Shown: positions 45,472-55,225 of the stretch, one piece after another
Layout of the letters: every line of letters begins with the position of its first letter
Position numbering within the stretch: the stretch's first letter is position 1
Origin: Candidatus Latescibacterota bacterium
GTDB lineage: Bacteria; Krumholzibacteriota; Krumholzibacteriia; WVZY01
Length of the DNA stretch: 64,000 nucleotides
Reading direction: 5' to 3'
NCBI GenBank assembly: GCA_020352495.1
Contig: CP070677.1
Location: forward strand, 3,678,924-3,742,923
Notes under the pieces: model-generated
Told to the model about the DNA's origin: nothing
The model's input: only the letters and a program-made list of their open reading frames with translations
Databases searched by the model: none
Program-made: the position numbers and the translations under genes

Positions 45472-46617
45472 GTGAAGATCCTGATCATAGAGCCATTCCT
45501 CACGGGGTCTCACGCCGCCTGGGCGAAGGGGTACGCCAGTCACAGCCGGCACACCGTCGAGATCCTCAGTCTAAGCGGCGCCCATTGGAAATGGCGAATG
45601 CACGGGGGCGCGATCACCCTCGCCCGCAAGTTTGTCGAAGAAGACCGCCGTCCCGACCTGCTTCTTGCGACCGACATGCTCGATGTGACCACGTTTCTTT
45701 CACTCACCAGGGCACACACCAGCGGTATCCCCGTGGCAGTCTATTTTCACGAAAACCAAATCACCTACCCCTGGTCGCCAAAAGACCGCGACAAGGCACG
45801 AGAGCGGGACAGACACTACGGATTTATCAATTATGTATCGGCGCTCACCTGTGATCGAGTCTATTTCAACTCGCAGTACCACATGGATTCGTTTCTCGAT
45901 GAACTCCCCGAGTTTCTTGCCCACTTTCCCGACCACCAGGAACAGAGTCAGGTGGAGCACATACGAGAAAAAAGCGAGGTGCTCCCGTTGGGCTTCGATT
46001 TTTCGAGCTTCCGGCCGCTGACCTTTGTCGCGGCAAACGACGGCGATCAACGCGAAGACCATCGAGACACCATACGCCCGCCGCTCATTCTTTGGAACCA
46101 CCGGTGGGAATACGACAAAAACCCCGAGGAGTTCTTCGAGGCGTTACAGTTCCTGGCGTCGTGCGGATACCCATTCGAGGTGGCGCTTCTTGGGGAGAGC
46201 TTCGATGTCATACCGGAGGCGTTTGTCGAGGCCGAACAAGAGCTGGGGGAACGGATCGTTCAGTATGGGTATGTCGAGGACCGGGCCGAGTACACACGAT
46301 GGCTGAGACGCTCCGACCTGCTCCCCGTCACGTCGAATCAAGACTTTTTTGGAAGCAGTGTGATCGAGGCTGTCTACTGTGATTGCTTTCCGCTGCTTCC
46401 CAAGCGTCTCGCCTTTCCCGAACTCTTTCCCGCAGAGATTCACTCGTCGTGTTTTTACACCGATTTCAACGATCTCGTCAACCGGCTCCAGAACGCGATC
46501 GGCCAGATCGAACGAATGCGGAAGATCAGCTTCCGACCCATTGCGGAACAATACGACTGGCAACGGGTGGCGCCCCTTTATGACGAGGCGTTCGAAAATG
46601 TTGCCGCCCGATCGTGA
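45472..46617 (+). CDS. DUF3524-type glycosyltransferase-like protein (GT4-like fold)
   Basis: MKILIIEPFLTGSHAAWAKGY... resembles DUF3524 N-domain plus GT-B C-domain. Confidence 0.55.
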   Translation: MKILIIEPFLTGSHAAWAKGYASHSRHTVEILSLSGAHWKWRMHGGAITLARKFVEEDRRPDLLLATDMLDVTTFLSLTRAHTSGIPVAVYFHENQITYPWSPKDRDKARERDRHYGFINYVSALTCDRVYFNSQYHMDSFLDELPEFLAHFPDHQEQSQVEHIREKSEVLPLGFDFSSFRPLTFVAANDGDQREDHRDTIRPPLILWNHRWEYDKNPEEFFEALQFLASCGYPFEVALLGESFDVIPEAFVEAEQELGERIVQYGYVEDRAEYTRWLRRSDLLPVTSNQDFFGSSVIEAVYCDCFPLLPKRLAFPELFPAEIHSSCFYTDFNDLVNRLQNAIGQIERMRKISFRPIAEQYDWQRVAPLYDEAFENVAARS

Positions 46618-46819
46618 AAGACCGGTGTTCGAAGGGGCAATCGGCGCCCGAAGGGTGTTTGCTCAGACAAACAGTCACCGCGCAACGGGTGTCCCGCATT
46701 CGGTTGAGTGACCACCGGCAGGCGAGCAACCGGAAATCTCCCCTGTCCCGAGCGAGTGATTGACAACCGTTTGAAAAAGCGTCAAGATTGGGGTCCCCTC
46801 AAACCGGGGACAACCGCGT

Positions 46820-47764
46820 ATGTCAAACAAAACGGAAAAAACACAAGAAGCTGAAAAACTTCTTCGCCCGTGTGTCAAGGCTCTCGATGAGATTCTTGGC
46901 AAGACGTTCGAGGTTTTTGACGATGGATTCATCAGGGTCGTCGACTACATGGGGTCGGATGAGGCGATCGTGCAAGCGGCCCGCGTCTCCTATGGCAAGG
47001 GCACCAAAAAGGTGAGCGAAGATCGTGGATTGATCCGTTACCTCCTCCGGCACCGGCACACCACGCCATTCGAAATGTGCGAGATCAAGCTCCATGTGCG
47101 CGTGCCCATGGACTGTTGGCGACAGTGGATCCGTCACCGAACGGCAAACGTCAACGAGTACTCGACACGCTATTCCATCGCGATCGACGCGGCGCAAAGG
47201 ACCCCGCCGACGCGTTGGCGAAAACAGGCGCCGGGTAACAAACAGGGCAGCAAAGGCTTCCTCGATGAGAATACGGGCCGGATGCTTTCGGAGAAAGAAC
47301 GAGAGATTCAGGATCTCAGCCGCCAGGTCTACCAAGATCGACTGGACGTTGGCGTATCGCGCGAACAGGCGAGAAAGGATCTTCCCCTTGCGACGTACAC
47401 GGAAGCCTATTGGAAGATCGATCTGCACAACTTGCTTCGCTTTCTCTCGCTTCGGATGGATGACCGCGCCCAGGTGGAAATCCGTGAATACGCACGAATC
47501 ATCGGTTACGAGATCGTGAGCCGATGGTGTCCGATCGTGTGGGAAGCGTTTCTCGATTACGAGATGGAGAGGATGAACCTGTCGCGTCTCGAGATCGAGG
47601 TCATCGGTGCCCTCGGACACGGAGACAAGGAACGGGCAACCGAGCTGGCCAAACAAAACGGCTGGCTCGAGCACGGCGAGAAAGGACTCAAACGAAACCG
47701 CGAGCGAAAAGAGCTCGAGGAGAAGCTCGAGCGGCTAAATCTGCCGATTCCCTGGAAGGAATAG
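46820..47764 (+). CDS. thyX: FAD-dependent thymidylate synthase ThyX
   Basis: ThyX signature RHRTANVNEYSTRYS; FRVVDYMGSDEAIVQAARVSYG. Confidence 0.9.
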   Translation: MSNKTEKTQEAEKLLRPCVKALDEILGKTFEVFDDGFIRVVDYMGSDEAIVQAARVSYGKGTKKVSEDRGLIRYLLRHRHTTPFEMCEIKLHVRVPMDCWRQWIRHRTANVNEYSTRYSIAIDAAQRTPPTRWRKQAPGNKQGSKGFLDENTGRMLSEKEREIQDLSRQVYQDRLDVGVSREQARKDLPLATYTEAYWKIDLHNLLRFLSLRMDDRAQVEIREYARIIGYEIVSRWCPIVWEAFLDYEMERMNLSRLEIEVIGALGHGDKERATELAKQNGWLEHGEKGLKRNRERKELEEKLERLNLPIPWKE

Positions 47765-47788
47765 CCGCGCAACTCCGCGCCACCACCC

Positions 47789-47813
47789 AGCCGGAGTATC
47801 CGGCTTTCTTTAT
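47789..47813 (+). terminator. possible rho-independent terminator after thyX
   Basis: AGCCGGA-gta-TCCGGCT followed by TTCTTTAT. Confidence 0.4.
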
Positions 47814-47850
47814 CGCGCGACCAGTAGTCTGAAACCAAAGAAGATTCGAC

Positions 47851-48981
47851 GTGTTCGGAAGACGATTCGAACTTTTCACCCTTTTCGGATTCAAGGTCCG
47901 AATCGACACCAGCTGGATCTTTCTTGCGATCCTCGTCACCTGGACGATCGGGACCGGTCTCTTTCCCGCGTGGTATCCCGATTTATCGCCGGTGACGCAC
48001 TGGATCATGGGGGCGGCGGGCGCGATCGGATTGTTTGCGTCGATCGTTCTTCACGAACTCGCCCACTCGATCATCGCCCGCCAACACGGCGTGATGATGC
48101 GCGGAATAACACTGTTCATTTTTGGCGGTGTCGCCGAAATGACCGATGAGCCACCGAGTCCCAAGGCGGAGTTTCAGGTGGCGATTGCCGGTCCCGTTGC
48201 CAGCCTTCTCGTCGCACTGACTTGCCTCACGTTGGGCGCGGCAGGAACCATTGTCCGTTGGCCGGATGCCATCGGAGGCGTCGTCAAATATCTTGCCGTG
48301 ATCAACGGCATCCTCGTGGTTTTCAATTTGGTTCCTGCGTTCCCGTTGGACGGCGGCCGAGTGCTCCGTTCGATACTGTGGAACTGGAAGAACAACCTCT
48401 CCTGGGCTACCTATGTCACGTCGCGGATCGGGGTGGGATTTTCGTTCTTGCTCATCGGTCTCGGCGTGCTCAACGCCGTCACCGGAAACCTTGTGGGAGG
48501 AATCTGGTATTTTCTCATCGGTATGTTTCTGCGGGGCGCCGCGAACATGTCATACCAACAGCTCCTCGTACGCCGTTCGCTCGAGGGTGAGACTGTCCGC
48601 CGGTTCATGCACGTAAATCCAATCACTGTTACACCGGACATTCCGATCAGCACGCTGGTAGAGGAGTATGTCTACAAATACCATTTCAAGATGTTCCCCG
48701 TTGTCGACGGGGAGAGGCTCATCGGGTGCGTGCGGACCCGTGAGATCAAGGATCTCTCGAGAGAAACCTGGATGCAAAAGACCGTCCGCGATCTGACGAT
48801 CGAGTGCTCGGACGAGAACTCGATACATCCCGACACCGACGCCATCGCAGCGCTTTCCAAAATGAACCAGTCCGGAACATCCAGACTCATGGTCGTCGAG
48901 AACGGGAGGCTGGTCGGAGTGATCACGCTCAAGGACCTGCTCCGGTTCCTCTCGCTCAGGGTCGAGCTCGAACAACCGTAA
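47851..48981 (+). CDS. site-2-protease family (M50) zinc metalloprotease with tandem CBS domains
   Basis: HELAHSIIARQHG (HEXXH), FPLDGGRVL (LDG motif), multiple TM; C-terminal CBS pair. Confidence 0.85.
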   Translation: MFGRRFELFTLFGFKVRIDTSWIFLAILVTWTIGTGLFPAWYPDLSPVTHWIMGAAGAIGLFASIVLHELAHSIIARQHGVMMRGITLFIFGGVAEMTDEPPSPKAEFQVAIAGPVASLLVALTCLTLGAAGTIVRWPDAIGGVVKYLAVINGILVVFNLVPAFPLDGGRVLRSILWNWKNNLSWATYVTSRIGVGFSFLLIGLGVLNAVTGNLVGGIWYFLIGMFLRGAANMSYQQLLVRRSLEGETVRRFMHVNPITVTPDIPISTLVEEYVYKYHFKMFPVVDGERLIGCVRTREIKDLSRETWMQKTVRDLTIECSDENSIHPDTDAIAALSKMNQSGTSRLMVVENGRLVGVITLKDLLRFLSLRVELEQP

Positions 48982-48985
48982 CACC

Positions 48986-50212
48986 ATGCAATCAACGAAG
49001 TATCTATTGATCGGCGGCGGACTCTCCTCGAGCCAAGCCGGCAAGATCATCCGTATGAAAGACCCGGACGGCGGCATCACAATGGTATCCAAAGAGCGAC
49101 ACGTTCCGTACGACCGCCCACCGCTCTCCAAAGAAATCCTCCGGGGAGAAAAAACCATCGACGAGCTATTCTTCGATCCCACGACGTTTTTCGAGGAGAA
49201 ACGTATCGAGCTCATTCTCGATAACCCCGTCCAACAGCTTGACACGGTTGCGAAAAAGGTTCTTTTGAAAAACGGTGATGCGGTCGAATTCGAAAAAGCG
49301 CTCATTGCGACAGGCGGCGATCCGGTAAAACTCAAGGTTCCGGGAAGCGAGCTCTACGGTGTCCATTATCTTCGAACGATCGATGACGCGTCTGCTATTG
49401 ACGGCGAGGCCGCGCCCGGAAAGCGCGTGGTGATCATTGGCGCCGGATTCATTGGTATGGAGGTGGCATCATCGCTCACGCAACGCGGCATTCGCGTCAC
49501 GGTCATCGAAGCGCTTCCCCGTATTTGGGCACGGTTTCTCGACGAAAACACCGCCGCCTACTTCAAGAACTACTGTGAGCAGAAGGGGATCACGTTTGTC
49601 ACAAACGAAAAGGTCGGCGAGATCCGCGGTCGAACGAAGGCGGAGACGGTGATGACCGAGTCCGGACAAGAGATCGAGTGTGATTTCGTGTGTGTTGGAA
49701 TCGGCATACGCCCTTCGGTTGAGATCGCGCGGGACGCCGGACTCGATGTGAGTGATGGAATCGTCGTGAACGAGTTTCTGCAAACCTCGCATCCCGACAT
49801 CTATGCCGCCGGTGACGTGGCGAGCTACCCCGATCCCGTATTTGGCAAACGGCGGAGGGTCGAGCACTGGGGGCATGCCGAGTACTCCGGTCAGGTTGCC
49901 GGTCTCAACATGACGGGCGCCGGACAGAAATACGATCTTCTGAGCTATGTGTGGTCGGACATTTTTGACCTTCATATCGAGTTTGCCGGTGACGAATCGG
50001 AGCATGACCGTGTGCTCCTTCGGGGCAACCTCGATAAAAGGTCCTTCGTTGTACTCTATCTCAAAAGTGACGTGTTGGTCGCCTATTTGGCCGTCAACAC
50101 CAGCTCACGTGAGTATCCAAAATTGCAGCGTCTTATCCGTCGAAAAACTCTCGTCGAGGGAAAAGACGTCCAGCTCGAGGACCCGGAGTTCGATCTCAAA
50201 ACGCTTCTGTAG
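48986..50212 (+). CDS. FAD/NAD(P)-dependent pyridine nucleotide-disulfide oxidoreductase (ferredoxin/rubredoxin reductase-like)
   Basis: Two Rossmann dinucleotide motifs (KYLLIGGGLSS; KRVVIIGAGFIGMEVAS); AAGDVAS motif. Confidence 0.8.
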   Translation: MQSTKYLLIGGGLSSSQAGKIIRMKDPDGGITMVSKERHVPYDRPPLSKEILRGEKTIDELFFDPTTFFEEKRIELILDNPVQQLDTVAKKVLLKNGDAVEFEKALIATGGDPVKLKVPGSELYGVHYLRTIDDASAIDGEAAPGKRVVIIGAGFIGMEVASSLTQRGIRVTVIEALPRIWARFLDENTAAYFKNYCEQKGITFVTNEKVGEIRGRTKAETVMTESGQEIECDFVCVGIGIRPSVEIARDAGLDVSDGIVVNEFLQTSHPDIYAAGDVASYPDPVFGKRRRVEHWGHAEYSGQVAGLNMTGAGQKYDLLSYVWSDIFDLHIEFAGDESEHDRVLLRGNLDKRSFVVLYLKSDVLVAYLAVNTSSREYPKLQRLIRRKTLVEGKDVQLEDPEFDLKTLL

Positions 50213-50242
50213 CCAACCCGGCACGCCCGGAGCGCGGAGCAG

Positions 50243-51007
50243 ATGAAAGAAAAGCCTCTCCCCCTCATCGGCACATCGGGATGGATCTATCCCCATTGGA
50301 AAGGTACGTTTTACCCAAATGGCATGGCAGCGGGTCGGTTTTTCGAGCATTACGCGTCGCAGTTCGAGACCGTCGAAATCAACAATTCGTTTTACAAACT
50401 TCCCGAGACACACACCATCGAGAACTGGAGGGCCATGGCGCCCAAAGGGTTCACCTATGCCGTCAAGGCGAGCCGTTACATCACACATATGAAGAAGCTA
50501 AAGGACCCCAAGACGAGCACGGCGAAGTTTTTTGAGCGTGTTGGTCTTTTCGAAGACGCATTGGGGCCGATTCTCTTCCAGCTCCCACCACGGTGGAGAT
50601 TCGACGCCGAGCGGCTTCGGTCGTTTCTCGTTTCGCTTCCGCAGGACTTCAGATACACCTTTGAGTTCCGGGATCCAAGCTGGCTCAACCCGACGACCTA
50701 TGACTTCTTGCACACACACGGCGCGGCGCTTTGTGTTTCACATTTCGATGAGATGATGTCCCCCAAGCTGGTGACAACCGACTTTGTCTATGTGCGGCTT
50801 CACGGACCCGCGGGCCCGTACCAGGGAAGCTACGATACAAAAACCCTAAAAGGATGGGCCTCTTTTATAGCGCGATGGGTCGAGGAGGGCAAACGAGTGT
50901 ACTGTTATTTCGATAATGATGAAGATGGGCATGCGCCAAACGACGCGCTTCGGTTGATCAAACTGATCCGGGCGCGACGCATCAGGCGCCCGACGCCGAA
51001 AGAATAA
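50243..51007 (+). CDS. DUF72 (UPF0759) family protein
   Basis: IGTSGWIYPHWKGTFYP...FETVEINNSFYKLP characteristic of DUF72. Confidence 0.8.
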   Translation: MKEKPLPLIGTSGWIYPHWKGTFYPNGMAAGRFFEHYASQFETVEINNSFYKLPETHTIENWRAMAPKGFTYAVKASRYITHMKKLKDPKTSTAKFFERVGLFEDALGPILFQLPPRWRFDAERLRSFLVSLPQDFRYTFEFRDPSWLNPTTYDFLHTHGAALCVSHFDEMMSPKLVTTDFVYVRLHGPAGPYQGSYDTKTLKGWASFIARWVEEGKRVYCYFDNDEDGHAPNDALRLIKLIRARRIRRPTPKE

Positions 51008-51032
51008 GACACAAGCCAACCAAGGAGAGACC

Positions 51033-51545
51033 ATGCCAACATACAAATCGATCCTGGAAGAAACGCTCGAAGCATGGGAAGACGTACGCTTCGGCATCAT
51101 AGAAGAAGTGCGAAACATTCCTGGTGGCCGCTTCGACTATCGCCCCACGCCCGATGTCATGAGCGTCCATGATCTCGTCGCCCACATTCTCGAAATATCG
51201 ATGATGATGACCGAAGAGCTCACCGCGCCCGATGCCAATTTTCACCGTATGTCCTTTGGAAGGCTCATCAAGAAACACGCCGCGCCCGTCCGTGCCGCCA
51301 CAACCAAAGGCGATCTCGTCAAACTGTTACGATCTCAGTTCAGAGACGCGGAGAGAAAATTTCGTTCGGCGGGCGAGCTCCATCTGTTACAGTTCATAAC
51401 GCGGTTCGATGGCGAGAAAGGGACACGACTTGCGTGGCTCCACCACGGAATCGCCCAGGAAATGTATCACAGGGGTCAACTGACCGTGTACGAGCGTCTC
51501 ATGGGAATCGTACCGGCGCTGACCAAGCGAATCCGTGGTGGTTAG
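51033..51545 (+). CDS. DinB/YfiT-like (DinB_2) family protein
   Basis: HDLVAHILE...HHGIAQEMYHRGQLTVY His triad typical of DinB-fold. Confidence 0.65.
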   Translation: MPTYKSILEETLEAWEDVRFGIIEEVRNIPGGRFDYRPTPDVMSVHDLVAHILEISMMMTEELTAPDANFHRMSFGRLIKKHAAPVRAATTKGDLVKLLRSQFRDAERKFRSAGELHLLQFITRFDGEKGTRLAWLHHGIAQEMYHRGQLTVYERLMGIVPALTKRIRGG

Positions 51546-51605
51546 ACGAGCCCGCCCACGGGCAGAGTCCTGACCGGCGGACACGACGACATCGGGAGCA
51601 CTGGC

Positions 51606-52808
51606 ATGGCGGAAAACATGAAATTCGTATCTGCCATTTCGACGGAGACGAGCGCCTCGGCGGCCATTCGTGAGGCGGCGCTTCGGGTCAAAAATGAATT
51701 TGAGGAAGACACGATAGATCTCGCGCTCGTATTTGTATCGCCGCATTTTGTCGATGACGCTGGAGTGGTAGTAAAAACCATCCAGGAGGAACTCGGTCCG
51801 AGAGTGCTCGCCGGTTGCAGTGGCGAAGGGGTGATCGGCCCGGAACAAGAGATCGAACAAAAACCCGCCGTGTCGCTTACCGCGGCAAGACTCCCCGGTG
51901 TTGACATCTTCGCGCACGGTCTCCGCGCATCCGACCTTCACAAGGCGGTGGGGGGAGGTGTCGTATTTCCTCGCGAGGTCAATGTTCCCAAATCACCCAC
52001 GCTATTCCTGATGATGGCCGACCCATTCTCGACGGCGATGGACCACGTGCTGAGGGTATTCAACGCACTGTATGCGCCCACACCGATCATCGGCGGAATG
52101 GCCAGCGCCTCGCGGACCCCCGGTGGCAATGCGCTTTTCATCAATAAAGATTTTCAGAACGATGGTGCCGTCGTCATCGCTTTCTCCGGTGAGATCGATA
52201 TCGACATCGTCGTCTCTCAAGGATGCCGCCCGATCGGGCCCACATTCGGCGTCACCAGCGCGAGGGACAACGCCATACTGGATCTCGAAGGCACTCCCCC
52301 CCTCCAGCAGCTCGAGAAGATCGTTGGTGGACTTTCCGAAGAGGAACGGAACCTCCTTCGAAATGGTCTGTTTATCGGACGGGCTGTCGACCCCGGCAAG
52401 GACATGCTCGGCCGGGGTGATTTTCTCATCCGGGGTGTCATAGGCGTCGAACCCGAGAACGGTACGATCACGATTGGTGATTTTGTCGACAACGGAGACG
52501 TCGTTCAGTTTCACCTTCGCGACGCCGCGACGGCCACGGAGGATCTCGAAATGATGCTCACACCGCACGGACTCTTTGGACCGCCGAGCGGCGCCTTTCT
52601 CTTTTCCTGTAATGGGCGAGGAACACGGCTCTACGACCATCCAAACGGGGATGTGTCGGTGATTCAGCGGTTTTTCCCCGGATTGAGCGTTGCCGGATTT
52701 TTCTGTGCGGGTGAGATCGGTCCGATTGGTGGCAAGAACTTTCTTCACGGTCACACGGCCAGTCTTGTCTTGTTTCGCCCGCGGGCAAAGCGGGGCGCCG
52801 GTACCTGA
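51606..52808 (+). CDS. FIST domain sensory protein
   Basis: FIST-N (LALVFVSPHF..AGCSGEGVIG) and FIST-C (FLFSCNGRGTRLY...GFFCAGEIGPIGGKNFLHGHTASLVLF). Confidence 0.75.
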   Translation: MAENMKFVSAISTETSASAAIREAALRVKNEFEEDTIDLALVFVSPHFVDDAGVVVKTIQEELGPRVLAGCSGEGVIGPEQEIEQKPAVSLTAARLPGVDIFAHGLRASDLHKAVGGGVVFPREVNVPKSPTLFLMMADPFSTAMDHVLRVFNALYAPTPIIGGMASASRTPGGNALFINKDFQNDGAVVIAFSGEIDIDIVVSQGCRPIGPTFGVTSARDNAILDLEGTPPLQQLEKIVGGLSEEERNLLRNGLFIGRAVDPGKDMLGRGDFLIRGVIGVEPENGTITIGDFVDNGDVVQFHLRDAATATEDLEMMLTPHGLFGPPSGAFLFSCNGRGTRLYDHPNGDVSVIQRFFPGLSVAGFFCAGEIGPIGGKNFLHGHTASLVLFRPRAKRGAGT

Positions 52809-52862
52809 CAACCAAGAAGCCCGTGATCCCGAACCTCATGATTTGAAGACGGAGCGAATCGC

Positions 52863-54521
52863 ATGAAAGCATCCGACTTGTTTGTCAAGGCGCTCGAGGC
52901 GGAAGGTGTCGAGTACGTTTTTGGTATTCCCGGTGAGGAGAACCTCGATCTTCTCGACTCGTTGAGAAAATCCAAGATCAAACTGATACTCACCAGGCAC
53001 GAACAAGCCGCCGGGTTTATGGCCGCGACCTACGGACGCCTGACGGGAAAAGCGGGTGTGTGTCTCTCGACCCTCGGTCCCGGCGCGACCAACCTCGTCA
53101 CCGCCGCCGCATTCGCCCAACTCGGCGCGATGCCGATGTTGATGATCACCGGGCAGAAACCGATCAAGAGCAGCAAACAGGGACAGTTTCAGATCGTGGA
53201 TGTCGTGGATATGATGCGGCCGTTGACCAAGTTCACGCACCAAATGGTCTCCGGTGACAACGTTCCCTCGCGGGTGCGTGAGGTGTTTCGGCGGATCGAA
53301 GATGAGAGACCGGGAGCGGGGCACCTGGATTTTCCTGAAGACATCGCCAAAGAGAAATCAAACGAAAAGGTGATCCCGAGAAGCCGAGTCCGGAGACCGA
53401 TCGCGGAAGAAAAATCGATCCGCCACGCCGTCGAGATGATCAAAGGAGCACGGCACCCGCTTCTCTTGATCGGCGCCGGGGCCAACCGGAAGCTCACGTC
53501 CAAGATGCTCCGCCGTTTCATCGACAAAACCGGAATCCCATTTATCAGCACACAGATGGGCAAAGGAGTCGTCGACGAACGCGATCCGCTCTTTCTCGGA
53601 AACGCGGCGTTGTCCTCCGATGACTTTGTCCATCGCGCGATCGCCAAGGCGGATGTGATTATAAATGTCGGTCACGATATCGTTGAAAAGCCGCCGTTTT
53701 TTATGGAAGGCGGTGGTGTCAGCGTCATCCACATAAATTTCCTGTCGGCCATCGTGGATCCCGTTTATTTTCCGCAGGTCGAGGTCGTCGGCGACATCGC
53801 CAACAGTCTCTGGCAGATCTGTGAGCGACTCGAGAGACAATCGTCTTGGGACTTCTCGTACTTTTTGAGAGTCCGCAAACTCGTCGAAGAGCACATCACC
53901 GAGTGCGCCGACGATCCGCGCTTTCCCCTGTCTCCGCCGCGTATCGTCTCCGACGTGCAGGGGGTGATGCCCTCGGACGGCATCATTGCGCTGGATAATG
54001 GAATGTACAAGATCTGGTTTGCCCGAAACTACAAGGCCCACCAGCCAAACACGGTCATTTTGGACAACGCGTTGGCGTCGATGGGCGCGGGGTTACCATC
54101 GGCAATGGCGGCGCACCTCGTGTTTCCCAAACGAAGAGTGATGGCAATCTGTGGAGACGGTGGGTTTTTGATGAACTCGCAGGAGCTAGAGACCGCCGTC
54201 AGACTCGACATGAATCTCGTGATCCTCATCATGAGGGACGACGCCTACGGGATGATCAAGTGGAAACAAGACGCCATGAAGTTCACACCTTTTGGCCTCG
54301 ATTTTGGGAATCCCGATTTCGTCACGTACGCAAAGAGTTACGGAGCACATGGTCACCGTGTCAAACGTGCCGACGATCTGCGCCGGCTCCTAAAAAAATG
54401 TCAAGCGCACAGGGGTGTTCACGTCATTGACGTACCCGTGGATTATTCGGAGAACGACAGACTCTTGGGCAGCGAGATCAAGGCCAGATGCCGACGTCTC
54501 GATCGAAGAGCGCGTAAATGA
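52863..54521 (+). CDS. thiamine-pyrophosphate enzyme, acetolactate synthase large-subunit-like
   Basis: N-terminal TPP-Pyr domain (GVEYVFGIPGEENLDLLDSL...GPGATNLVTAAAFAQLGAMPM), C-terminal TPP-binding GDGGFLMNSQELETA. Confidence 0.8.
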   Translation: MKASDLFVKALEAEGVEYVFGIPGEENLDLLDSLRKSKIKLILTRHEQAAGFMAATYGRLTGKAGVCLSTLGPGATNLVTAAAFAQLGAMPMLMITGQKPIKSSKQGQFQIVDVVDMMRPLTKFTHQMVSGDNVPSRVREVFRRIEDERPGAGHLDFPEDIAKEKSNEKVIPRSRVRRPIAEEKSIRHAVEMIKGARHPLLLIGAGANRKLTSKMLRRFIDKTGIPFISTQMGKGVVDERDPLFLGNAALSSDDFVHRAIAKADVIINVGHDIVEKPPFFMEGGGVSVIHINFLSAIVDPVYFPQVEVVGDIANSLWQICERLERQSSWDFSYFLRVRKLVEEHITECADDPRFPLSPPRIVSDVQGVMPSDGIIALDNGMYKIWFARNYKAHQPNTVILDNALASMGAGLPSAMAAHLVFPKRRVMAICGDGGFLMNSQELETAVRLDMNLVILIMRDDAYGMIKWKQDAMKFTPFGLDFGNPDFVTYAKSYGAHGHRVKRADDLRRLLKKCQAHRGVHVIDVPVDYSENDRLLGSEIKARCRRLDRRARK

Positions 54522-55225
54522 GAATTCTCTACATCTATCCCCATCCCGATGACGAGTCGTTTGGCCCGGCGCCCGCGATCTCGAAGCAACGTCGCCAAGG
54601 TCACGGCGTGTATCTTCTCACCTTGACCAAAGGCGGTGCCACACGTCAGCGTCACAAATATGGGCACTCGATCGAAGAAATGGGTGCTGTCCGGTACAGG
54701 GAGATGAAAGACGTCGCCAGAGTGCTCGATTTGTCCGGGATGACGGTACTGGATCTTCCCGATGGCGGGCTAAAAGAGATGGATCCCCGGAAGATCGAAG
54801 CGGCGATCTATGATGAGATCGAGCGCGTCGAGCCAAACGTCGTGGTCACATACCCGGTTCATGGTATCAGCGGATTCCACGATCATCTCGTCACCCACGC
54901 CGCCGTCAAACGTGTGTTTCTCGACAGGAAGCCATCGGCTACATATCTCCGCCGTCTCGCGTTTCTGACGATCACGGAAGAACAGGCCGGTGATGCAGAA
55001 GTCTTTCATTTGAACGGGACCAAACTGGATGAGATCGACTGTGTCTTCCGCGTCGATGACGTCGATATTAAGAACGCCCACAAGGCGCTCGACTGCTATG
55101 TCACGTTTCAGGAAACGATCGAGAAGACGGGGATCAAAAGGTTTCTCACAAACGAGGTGTACTACGAGATCTTTCAGGAACACCACGACCCGCCGCTGAC
55201 GGACATCTTTTGCGGAATCGATTGA
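54518..55225 (+). CDS. PIG-L/LmbE-family N-acetylglucosaminyl deacetylase
   Basis: MRILYIYPHPDDESFG ... HGISGFHDHLVTH; start overlaps ALS-like stop (ATGA). Confidence 0.8.
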   Translation: MRILYIYPHPDDESFGPAPAISKQRRQGHGVYLLTLTKGGATRQRHKYGHSIEEMGAVRYREMKDVARVLDLSGMTVLDLPDGGLKEMDPRKIEAAIYDEIERVEPNVVVTYPVHGISGFHDHLVTHAAVKRVFLDRKPSATYLRRLAFLTITEEQAGDAEVFHLNGTKLDEIDCVFRVDDVDIKNAHKALDCYVTFQETIEKTGIKRFLTNEVYYEIFQEHHDPPLTDIFCGID